NCBI GenBank assembly: GCA_965205335.1
Contig: OZ242164.1
Coordinates: forward strand, 224,001 to 288,000
Length of the DNA: 64,000 nucleotides
Direction: 5' to 3'
Origin: Candidatus Woesearchaeota archaeon
GTDB lineage: Archaea > Nanobdellota > Nanobdellia > Woesearchaeales > UBA583
Shown: positions 9,388 to 17,749 of the stretch, piece after piece
Layout: each line of letters starts with the position of its first letter
Numbering within the stretch: the stretch's first letter is position 1
Program-made: the position numbers and the translations under genes
The notes under the pieces: generated by a model
Told to the model about the DNA's origin: nothing
What the model saw: only the letters and a program-made list of their open reading frames with translations
The model's database searches: none

Positions 9388-10257
9388 TCACTTACTCTTC
9401 TTGAACTTTATCTCCCAGAATTTGTTCTTCGTGTCAATTATGCATGTTTCCCCATATGGAATTGATATGTTAGGATTTATATGTCCAATCTTCTGGTTCA
9501 TTATAACAGGAATGCGAAAGTCCTTGAAAAACTCCCTTAAATAATCATTTATGTCTTCACTTGCCTCTCTGAAATCTCCTAAAATAACTCCCTTGACTGA
9601 ATCAAATTTTCCTGCAAGTTTCAACTGCCATAAAATGTCATACACCCATGGTGATTCGCCCGTTAATTGTTCAAAGAATAAAATTTTCCCTTTTGTGTCA
9701 ATCTCATAGGGAGTGCCAAGAGTTCTTCCAACGAGGATCGTGTTACCTCCAGTTATCTCTGCCTTTGCATATCCTTCAACAATCACACTATCATTTCCTT
9801 TTATACCAATCCTGTAATCTTCTCTATTAAGAGCCTTTTGAAGATAGTGAACAGTTTCCATACCTGGTCCTCTGGTAAAAAGACCTTTTGATGCTATGTT
9901 GGGTCCATGTATACACCTAACGTCTGTCCTTGAGTAAAGAGCCAAAAGCAGTATAGTTATATCACTGAACCCAATAAGTGTCTTAGGACTACTGATTTTA
10001 TGATAATTAATACTCTCAAGTATACTTACAGCTCCCATCCCTCCTCTTACTGGGAAAACAATATCTGACTTAGGGTCTGCAAGGGCTTTGTTGATTTCCT
10101 CTATTCTTCTCTTAGGAGTTCCCGCATAATACAAGTATTTTTGGGTGATACCTTTCAAGTTCTTACATTCAAAACCAAGTCTGCGAACATTCTCCATTGC
10201 ATTTTTCAACTTCTTATCCGTTATACTCCCTGAAGGGGCAATTAAATGCACTTTCAA
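9388..10257 (-). CDS. S66 family LD-carboxypeptidase (LdcA/MccF-like)
   Basis: LIAPSG, VRGGMG, IGFSDIT (catalytic Ser), GGN, ILFFE (Glu), IGH (His); TTG start overlaps the upstream TGA. Confidence 0.9.
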   Translation of the reverse strand: MKVHLIAPSGSITDKKLKNAMENVRRLGFECKNLKGITQKYLYYAGTPKRRIEEINKALADPKSDIVFPVRGGMGAVSILESINYHKISSPKTLIGFSDITILLLALYSRTDVRCIHGPNIASKGLFTRGPGMETVHYLQKALNREDYRIGIKGNDSVIVEGYAKAEITGGNTILVGRTLGTPYEIDTKGKILFFEQLTGESPWVYDILWQLKLAGKFDSVKGVILGDFREASEDINDYLREFFKDFRIPVIMNQKIGHINPNISIPYGETCIIDTKNKFWEIKFKKSK

Positions 10258-11390
10258 ATTCGAGTCACCTCTTCAAAATTATGATCTCGTCTGGGAATTC
10301 TCTCACTCAACACACTCCCAAGAGGAATTGGATGTAGTGCACCTCCCAAACCATTACCATGTTGGGGACTTCTCTTCCAGTCATCCCATCCAATGATGTG
10401 GTAACTTCTACGTTCTTTTTGTCCAATTTGAGCCCTCCTTTCCACTGCATCAACAATATCTGGGTTAATATTAAGAATAACTTCAGTGTAACTCCCCTCT
10501 TTTCCTCTTATCCCATAAAGACTGCCTGCCCCTGAACCATTAAACTCAAGTACATTAGGTCCTCTGAAATCCACTGAACCGTAAATAATTTTTCTACCTG
10601 GAGGAGAATCCAGAAAACGTTCAACAACATCTACTTGATTCCTATCACGTGGTTCATCTATATAAACCTCTGAAACTCTCTCACTACCATAACCACCTTC
10701 CATGCAATTCACTCTTACCCTATTATGTATCCTTCCGTCTAATATAAAGTACCTAATTTCCTTGCTAGCAGGTACAAATCCCTCAAAACAATAATCTCCT
10801 AATCTTTCGCAACTATCAAAATATCCAGACACCTGCTCTGGAGAATCCAGAAATACAATTCCTTCTCCTCTTTCTCCTATTTGTGGCTTTGCTACAACTC
10901 TCTGTCCCGACCTGAGTATTCTCTCAAGGTCTTTGCGATTCTCAGGTTCCACAGAAGGCATGTATGGAAGATAAGGCCTAAGTACCTTCTTCTGTACATT
11001 CTTTAAACTGTACCAATTAACTTCAGGTGGATTAACCATCAGCCTATGATTCTTCGATAACATTTGAATTGCTCTTAAAAAATCCTTTGGCTTGCTTAAA
11101 TCACGCGTACCCCGCACAGTATCCTGCCCATATCCTTGCATAAAAAAAATGTCTCCTTCCGGTACACAATTTCTTCCCACTTGCTTAAACTTCCCATCAT
11201 CTAACCTGTGTATTCCACCAAAAATACCTCTCTTGGGATCCACAACATCATCTGAAAAAACAACTCTCATATCATGCCCTCTATTCTCAAACTCTTTGTA
11301 TTTCCCAAGAATATACTCATAATCTCCGTTCACTTTCCCCTTAAAATAAGGTTCCAATCTTCTGTCTATAGACATAGTAACTCTGTTCAT
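10254..11390 (-). CDS. ATP-grasp ligase (RimK/GshB-like)
   Basis: MVNPPE, VVAKPQIGERGEGIVFL, FEGFVP..KEIRYFILDG, GSVDF...VLEFNG. Confidence 0.75.
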   Translation of the reverse strand: MNRVTMSIDRRLEPYFKGKVNGDYEYILGKYKEFENRGHDMRVVFSDDVVDPKRGIFGGIHRLDDGKFKQVGRNCVPEGDIFFMQGYGQDTVRGTRDLSKPKDFLRAIQMLSKNHRLMVNPPEVNWYSLKNVQKKVLRPYLPYMPSVEPENRKDLERILRSGQRVVAKPQIGERGEGIVFLDSPEQVSGYFDSCERLGDYCFEGFVPASKEIRYFILDGRIHNRVRVNCMEGGYGSERVSEVYIDEPRDRNQVDVVERFLDSPPGRKIIYGSVDFRGPNVLEFNGSGAGSLYGIRGKEGSYTEVILNINPDIVDAVERRAQIGQKERRSYHIIGWDDWKRSPQHGNGLGGALHPIPLGSVLSERIPRRDHNFEEVTRI

Positions 11391-11585
11391 TCTTCTTCTC
11401 TAAAAATCTCCGAAATCAATCATTTTTGTTAAACTACACATTCTCTATACTCAGTCAATAAGCATCATATACTAGAATGTGCAATTTATACATTATAAGT
11501 ATTCTTCATATAATATAATTTTTATGTATTAAATACTTGGAAATTTTGAATAAACTTATAAATAAAGTAAAAATATACAAAATAT

Positions 11586-12554
11586 ATGATGAATTTAAAA
11601 ATTAAGAAAATTTTATATATGTTATCGGACAATTCAAGAATCAGTTCAAAGAGCATATCAAAAGAAGTAAAGATTACGCAACAAGGCGTAAGTTATCAAA
11701 TATCCAAACTTAAAAATACGGGTATAATCAAAAATTTCAGTCTTGTGGCAGATTCCGCAAAATTCGGATACAGCAATTTCTGCGTACTTATAAGGCTGAA
11801 AAAATACTCAAGAAATTACATCAGAGAGATTATCCGAGAACTCCAAAAGTACAAAGAAATTATTGCAATTAATATTTTGTTTGGAAACTACGACATTTTC
11901 CTGAAATTCTCAACTCACAACTCATCTCAGTTCAACAAAATTCTAAGAGAAATTATTAATAATAATTCCAATAAATTAATAGATTATACAATCCTGACAC
12001 AAGTAGTTGTGTATCATTTTTCAAGAGGCTATCTCTCAAGAAGAAAAACAATAAAGCAAGCAATAATTTCAGGAGACAGGGAAATTGTCAATCTGGACAG
12101 AATGAATGTTGAGATAATAAACAAACTAAATGAGAATTCAAGAAAGAATTTCTCCCACATAGCAAATGAACTAAACACAACGTCAAAAACCATAATATTA
12201 AGAGTGAAAAACTTAGAAAGAAAAAAAGTAATAAGAGAATATGGAATAAACATAAACCATACAAAAATAGGCATCAAGAAATACCTTCTATTCATAAGTT
12301 TCAATTTCATGCATTCAAAAGGGGAAAATATACTTGCGGACTTTTCACACAAATGCCCTAACATAATAGAATTAATAAAAACATTTGGAAGATGGGATGC
12401 AATTCTAGTGATAGAAGTACTAAAAGACGAGGATTTCAGAGAAGTTCTCAATATAATTAAAGAGAAATTCGCAGATTCCATCAAGTATTATGATTTCCTT
12501 GAGTCAGAGGAAACAATAGCATGGAAATATCTTCCAAAATTAAATTCCAACTGA
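11586..12554 (+). CDS. tandem-duplicated Lrp/AsnC family regulator
   Basis: Two wHTH+RAM units (L..NSRIS...G.YD and LNENSRKNFSHIA...GRWD); divergent from the ATP-grasp operon. Confidence 0.88.
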   Translation: MMNLKIKKILYMLSDNSRISSKSISKEVKITQQGVSYQISKLKNTGIIKNFSLVADSAKFGYSNFCVLIRLKKYSRNYIREIIRELQKYKEIIAINILFGNYDIFLKFSTHNSSQFNKILREIINNNSNKLIDYTILTQVVVYHFSRGYLSRRKTIKQAIISGDREIVNLDRMNVEIINKLNENSRKNFSHIANELNTTSKTIILRVKNLERKKVIREYGININHTKIGIKKYLLFISFNFMHSKGENILADFSHKCPNIIELIKTFGRWDAILVIEVLKDEDFREVLNIIKEKFADSIKYYDFLESEETIAWKYLPKLNSN

Positions 12555-12602
12555 TAAACTCAGGAGTTCTCAATGAGTTAAGTTCCTCTCTTATTCCCTA
12601 TA

Positions 12603-12645
12603 ATTACATTTATAAATTTTGAGATTAACTTATACGGATTAATTT
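12603..12645 (+). repeat. direct repeat copy 2
   Basis: attacatttataaattttgagattaacttatacggattaattt; see 9143-9185. Confidence 0.8.
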
Positions 12646-12725
12646 CGTTTTAGGTACAGATTATTTATTTAATTATCTGAAATTAAAATTAACATTATTA
12701 ATTAAATCCACTTGATTTATACAAA

Positions 12726-13232
12726 ATGGATGAGAAAGATAAAAAAGTTAATCTAAAAGTAAAAAATAGGATTGAAAGGTTAAGTAACCCTAAGTTAAAA
12801 GAGGATTTACTAACCCTCATAAAGATATTGAGGATTGGTTATGGGATAAAACCTGTAAGACCAAGAACCATAGAAGGATATGTTAACGCTCTAATTCAGC
12901 TTAGTAAATTCAAACCAAACCAGAAATTTCTCGATTATGATAAAAAAGACTTGTTAGAATATTTTAGTTCAATAGATGAAAAAGGAATTTCAAAAAATAG
13001 TTTAAATTTATACAAAATTAAAATAAAAAAATATTTTACGTGGTTATATAGAGAAAATAATTTATGTGGGAGAGAAGAAATACCAGAAATAGTTTCATGG
13101 ATAAAAATATCAAAGCAAATAAGAAAAACTAAATATATTGAAACTTCTTTTTTAACAGGACGGTTCAAAAAGGGAATAAATGAAAAGTTGGAAAATCATT
13201 CAGAACAAATAAAAAAAACACTATCCCTCTAA
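12726..13232 (+). pseudogene. tyrosine integrase remnant (N-terminal core-binding domain only)
   Basis: RTIEGY...DLLEYF...SKNSLNLYKIKIKKYFTWL...PEIVSWIK pattern; no R-H-R-H-Y catalytic domain; points at the tRNA-Thr 3' end. Confidence 0.7.
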
Positions 13233-13321
13233 AACTTAACAGAACCCAGAAATAATCAAAATCCTACCCAAAATTGAACAGAACCGGAAGTCCGGAAATT
13301 GAAGCAGACATTACTGAAAAA

Positions 13322-13393
13322 AGCTACTGCTGGGAATTGAACCCAGGACCTGCACCTTACCAAGGTGCCGTTCTACCACTGAACCACAATAGC
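13322..13393 (-). tRNA. tRNA-Thr(GGT)
   Basis: Acceptor GCTATTG/CAGTAGC, anticodon arm GCACC-TTGGTAA-GGTGC, T-loop TTCAATT; CCA not encoded. Confidence 0.96.
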
Positions 13394-13482
13394 GTTATTA
13401 ACCTACAGATTTATAAATCTCTCTCACCTTAAATATTTAGTGGATTTAAAAATAATTTATACCTAAACCAACATTATAGGGA

Positions 13483-14025
13483 TTAATTCAAAAATTTACT
13501 TTTAATAATATCAAAACACATATAAAAAAATTCATCCTTACTTGGAACAAAGTCCCGTCTATTCGAGTTGTAATACTCTATTATTTCACTTATTGGAATT
13601 AATTTTATCCCCTCAACTTCCTCATTAGTATTAATTATTCTCTCATCACTTATTCGCACAAAATAAATATACCTAAACTCACTCTCATACCAGTTTGGAA
13701 TTACTTCCTCATCAAAATAGGCTATATGTTCTTCCCCTAAACCTTCCTCTGAGATTTTAATTCCTAATTCTTCTAAGCATTCCCTTACAGCAGCCTGCTT
13801 AGGTTCTTCTCCTGAGTCCACATGCCCAGATACTGATTCTGTATATTTAAGGGGATACTTAACCTCATCTGAACGTTTCTGCAAAATAATCTTATTCTCA
13901 TCAGTTACAAACCAAACCACAACTGCTCTGTGGAGTAGCCCCTTTTCATGTATCGTACTATAATCCTTAGACTCTCCTATTAGTTCATTATTCTCATTAA
14001 CTATATCAATTCTTGGCCACTGCAT
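13483..14025 (-). CDS. Nudix hydrolase (IPP isomerase type 1-like fold)
   Basis: GLLHRAV..LQKRS; Nudix box GHVDSGEEPKQAAVRECLEELGI. Confidence 0.85.
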   Translation of the reverse strand: MQWPRIDIVNENNELIGESKDYSTIHEKGLLHRAVVVWFVTDENKIILQKRSDEVKYPLKYTESVSGHVDSGEEPKQAAVRECLEELGIKISEEGLGEEHIAYFDEEVIPNWYESEFRYIYFVRISDERIINTNEEVEGIKLIPISEIIEYYNSNRRDFVPSKDEFFYMCFDIIKSKFLN

Positions 14026-14067
14026 TTTTTAGACTCATTTCTATATAACTTCCCAAACACTATCTCT

Positions 14068-14733
14068 TCATTTATACCTTATAAGTTCATTATCTACAAG
14101 CACATAATGCTGTAATTCAACTGGTCTCCAATCATCCTCTATTAAATCCGCATTAAGCCATTTTGAAAGTTCCTCTGCATTGCCTATTGTTGCAGAAAGT
14201 CCAATTATTCTAATCTTAGGATACTTGGCTTTAAAGATTGACAAAAGAATTTCAAGAGTTGGCCCTCTCTTCTCATCATTTATCAAATGAATCTCATCAG
14301 CAATAACAAGCCCCAAATCTTCAAGAATTTCTCTATTACGCCTAATTAATGAATCCAATTTTTCCGCTGTTAAAATCAGCAAATCATAATCATAATTATA
14401 TTTCTCATTCTGAATCTCTCCAACCGAAACTCTTATCTTTACTTTTTCCCCATAAACTTCCTTAAACTCCTTATATTTCTCCCAAGCCAAAGCTTTTAGA
14501 GGAACTATATAAATTACTCTCTTTTGTTTGTTTAATATTTCATCAAGCATTGCAAGTTCTGCAATAAGAGTTTTCCCTGATGCTGTCGGAGAGCATACTA
14601 CCTGATTTTTATTATTATCAAAAAGTCCCCTTTTAATTGATTTCTCCTGAGAAGGTCTTAGTTTCTCTATTTTAAGTTCTTTCAGAAATCCACGAATATT
14701 CTCAGGGATTTTCAGAATAGTTTCATCAGTCAT
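14068..14733 (-). CDS. Ski2/Hel308-like helicase, RecA1 (DEAH) domain only
   Basis: PTASGKT, VPLKALA, DEIH, LSAT, WRPVEL; stops at 221 aa. Confidence 0.85.
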   Translation of the reverse strand: MTDETILKIPENIRGFLKELKIEKLRPSQEKSIKRGLFDNNKNQVVCSPTASGKTLIAELAMLDEILNKQKRVIYIVPLKALAWEKYKEFKEVYGEKVKIRVSVGEIQNEKYNYDYDLLILTAEKLDSLIRRNREILEDLGLVIADEIHLINDEKRGPTLEILLSIFKAKYPKIRIIGLSATIGNAEELSKWLNADLIEDDWRPVELQHYVLVDNELIRYK

Positions 14734-14776
14734 ACTATCTCACAAGAATTAGAATTTATAAAACTTGGGTTATACT

Positions 14777-14904
14777 GGCTCTGTCCGGAAATTGCTTTTT
14801 CCAAAATCTATGCTAACTATATTCAATCAAAGAAAAAAATTATTCGTCAAAAGTTGCTTTATTGATACAATATTTTAAGTTTTCTTGAATTTCCGGACAG
14901 AGCC
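14777..14904. mobile_element. MITE, 128 bp, IS1595-like ends
   Basis: Perfect 17-bp TIR GGCTCTGTCCGGAAATT (14777-14793 and 14888-14904) flanked by 8-bp direct repeat GTTATACT (14769-14776 and 14905-14912). Confidence 0.92.
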
Positions 14905-15316
14905 GTTATACTATTAATATTCAAAGTAAGAACAATTTTTTACAAACACAAAAATAAAATTAGATTACACAGTTGTAATTCAGTACAAAAATAGTTAAAG
15001 ATAAGTTAGATAAGTTAATTGAATTTGATAAAAATGAGTTTTCAAGTTTTTGTGATTTGTTTAAGATTTCTTCAAATTCTTTAAGTTTTTCTTTTAGTTC
15101 ATATAGTATGCTTTCAACTTCTGTCATTAATATCATAAGTAAACTATGCATTCAAATAAATTCTCTTTCATTATGTGTAGAAACATTCTTCAAGAAATTT
15201 TTACTATTAATAATAAAAATGATATAGTTTTTAACTTCAATACAAATTCTTGAAACTTATATCACAATCAATTTTCCCAAAAATTTAAAAGTAATAGAAC
15301 TTAACCCTTATTTATA

Positions 15317-15922
15317 ATGGCAATAATATTTGATTTTGATGGAGTACTCCACGATACATTTGAGTTTCACAGATGTCATATAGAGAAGTTTGCAGGAATT
15401 GAGTTATCTGAGCAAGAATTCAAAGATGTTCACAACGAAAACTTTAATAGTTATAAACACCATGGATTTAGAAGTGTAAACTGGAAAGAATATGAAGAAT
15501 TTATTTATCCAAGTATCTCCCACCTAAGAATAGAAGATAAGATTAAAGATGCAATCTCGAAACTTAGCGAGAATCACGAACTATATATAAACAGTTCAGG
15601 AGGAACTAGGTGTATTCTAAGTTATTTAGAAAATAATGGTATAGATTCCTTTTTCAGAGAAGTTTTAGGCTCGGACTTTCACAAATCAAAAGTATATAAG
15701 TTCAGGCATATTTTTGGCGAATATGGTTTAACTTCTAATGATTGCATTTTTATAGCTGACACATTAGGAGATATTTTAGAAGCAAAAAAAGTTGAAGTAA
15801 GAACCATTGCGGTTGTTTCTAAATACCACAATAGAGAAACTTTAGAGCAAGGAAGTCCATATAGGATAATTTCACATTTAGGAGAATTATATGGGATAAT
15901 AAATTCTGATTCTCCCCACTAA
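15317..15922 (+). CDS. HAD-superfamily hydrolase (phosphoglycolate phosphatase-like)
   Basis: IIFDFDGVLHDT motif I, INSSG motif II, K...FIADTLGDI motifs III/IV. Confidence 0.88.
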   Translation: MAIIFDFDGVLHDTFEFHRCHIEKFAGIELSEQEFKDVHNENFNSYKHHGFRSVNWKEYEEFIYPSISHLRIEDKIKDAISKLSENHELYINSSGGTRCILSYLENNGIDSFFREVLGSDFHKSKVYKFRHIFGEYGLTSNDCIFIADTLGDILEAKKVEVRTIAVVSKYHNRETLEQGSPYRIISHLGELYGIINSDSPH

Positions 15923-16067
15923 TTAAAAAAATTACTCTTCTCTTCCAAAATAGCAAAATAATTTAAGAAAGGAACACAAACTCTTCAACAAAATAATTAA
16001 AGTGTTCTAATTTTTGTAAAAATTAAATAAACAAAATCTTTTAAATAAGTTTTATTTTGAAATTAAT

Positions 16068-17387
16068 ATGAGGAAAAAAAATTTATTGATAGTATTAATC
16101 TTATTATTTCTTGCTTTTTTAACTGGTTGTCAGTTTGAAGAGTCTAAACAAAAAGAGGATTTAATTCCTGATAATCCGCCAATTAACGAAGAAACAAGTG
16201 GCATTGATGTAAAAAAGAATATCTTTAACGAAGAGGAAATAAGAAATTCAGTTATCGATGAAATTAATAATTTAAGACTAGAAAATAATCTTACCTCTAT
16301 GATTTATAATGAAAATCTTGAAAACCGAGCAGAGAAATGGGCTTTATATCTTAAAAACACAAATAGTTTTGAAACGAATGAATTTGAAAAAAATTTCGCC
16401 CAGACTATTCATACAATACCTTATAGTAATAATGTGAAGAATTGTAGAAGAACTAAAACAAACAAAGAAAATGTGGAATGTCTGATGAGAAGTTTTGAAA
16501 ACTCTAAGAATATAAAAAATATTTTGAGTTACAACCAATTCGGAGTTGGAGTTGAGTCAGTCTTAGATGATAATGGAATTTACAATGTTTTATATGTTTT
16601 CTATTTTAACAATAATCTATCTACTATCTCAGACACATACAACCTGAATTTCTCAGAGATTAGAGATAGTGTTTCTCATAAGATAAAAAAAGAAAGAGAG
16701 AATAGAAATCTGCACTTTGTAAGAAGAAATTATAAATTAGATAAAATTGCAGATATAAAAGCAGAAAAACTAATTAATGAAGGGTTTCATCATACCGATG
16801 AAGAAGGGAAAAACATTGATGATATTTTAAAGGAGAACAACTTTTTCTACATAACAGCAGGAGAGAACTTATTTTATACATCCTTGATAGGAAATGAGTC
16901 TAACGAATATCTTGGAAACCTGTCCGTTTCGAAATGGTTAGAAAGTCCAGGTCACAGGAGTTTGGTTTTAAACAGAGATGACTGGCTATATAGTGATATG
17001 GGAATTGGCTTGAGTTTAGATAACAAAAATAATCTTTTAAATTTTGTTCTAATCTTTGTCACGCTATCAAAAAAAGGTACAATAGAAGCAGAAAAAGATT
17101 ACTGTTACACAATTGAATTATACGATAAAGATCTTTTTGAAGAAGGAGTCTTTGAAGAAGTAGATGTGAATGTTATAATAAATTCTAAGAGAAAAATCTC
17201 AAAGATGTTTTTAGTTGATGACTCATCTGAAGCAGAAAATTGCTGGGACGGTAACGTGGACGATATTAAAGAATGGAGAAATATCAAAAATTTAAATGAA
17301 ACCTTGAAAATCAAAAAAGGATATTCACTTCTGTTAAGAATGAAAAGGGATTCAGAAATAAATTATGTTATTAATTATATTAATTGA
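16068..17387 (+). CDS. lipoprotein with two CAP/SCP (PR-1-like) domains
   Basis: Lipobox FLTGC; INNLR..N.L...YNQFGVG and GFHH..AGENL..WLESPGHR..MGIG motifs. Confidence 0.85.
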   Translation: MRKKNLLIVLILLFLAFLTGCQFEESKQKEDLIPDNPPINEETSGIDVKKNIFNEEEIRNSVIDEINNLRLENNLTSMIYNENLENRAEKWALYLKNTNSFETNEFEKNFAQTIHTIPYSNNVKNCRRTKTNKENVECLMRSFENSKNIKNILSYNQFGVGVESVLDDNGIYNVLYVFYFNNNLSTISDTYNLNFSEIRDSVSHKIKKERENRNLHFVRRNYKLDKIADIKAEKLINEGFHHTDEEGKNIDDILKENNFFYITAGENLFYTSLIGNESNEYLGNLSVSKWLESPGHRSLVLNRDDWLYSDMGIGLSLDNKNNLLNFVLIFVTLSKKGTIEAEKDYCYTIELYDKDLFEEGVFEEVDVNVIINSKRKISKMFLVDDSSEAENCWDGNVDDIKEWRNIKNLNETLKIKKGYSLLLRMKRDSEINYVINYIN

Positions 17388-17534
17388 TTTAGCTAATTGC
17401 AGACAACTTATGATAGGTTCCTATAAATTTAAAGAAACGATTTTGAATATGTGATTAAATTTTCATAATAAATTTTATAAAGAGGTTCTTGTTAATATTT
17501 AATGTGCCGTCAGTTATGGCGGAGCTTAATGGAT

Positions 17535-17608
17535 GGGCTCGTAGCTCAGTCCGGTAGAGCACCGCCCTTGCAAGGCGGGGGCCTCGGGTTCAAATCCCGA
17601 CGAGTCCA
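17535..17608 (+). tRNA. tRNA-Ala(TGC)
   Basis: Acceptor GGGCTCG/CGAGTCC with G3-U70, anticodon arm CCGCC-CTTGCAA-GGCGG. Confidence 0.97.
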
Positions 17609-17662
17609 TTAGGCCTCGCGAGATTTTTACTGTTGCATATTTGATTTATCTTATATGTTAGT

Positions 17663-17681
17663 AAGTCCCGATGAGTCCATT
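17663..17681 (+). repeat. imperfect copy of the tRNA-Ala 3' end (att-like scar)
   Basis: aagtcccgatgagtccatt vs aaatcccgacgagtccatt (17592-17610), 17/19 identical. Confidence 0.7.
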
Positions 17682-17749
17682 TGAGTATGCAGCTTTTAAG
17701 ATCTATCTTAAGAGTGAAGAACAAAGGTAATTGCTTGCAATTACTTATG

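Noticed and set aside
14960-15151. 63-aa minus-strand ORF next to the MITE as a transposase
   Set aside because: No DDE or Zn-ribbon motif and it lies outside the TIRs; at most a decayed fragment
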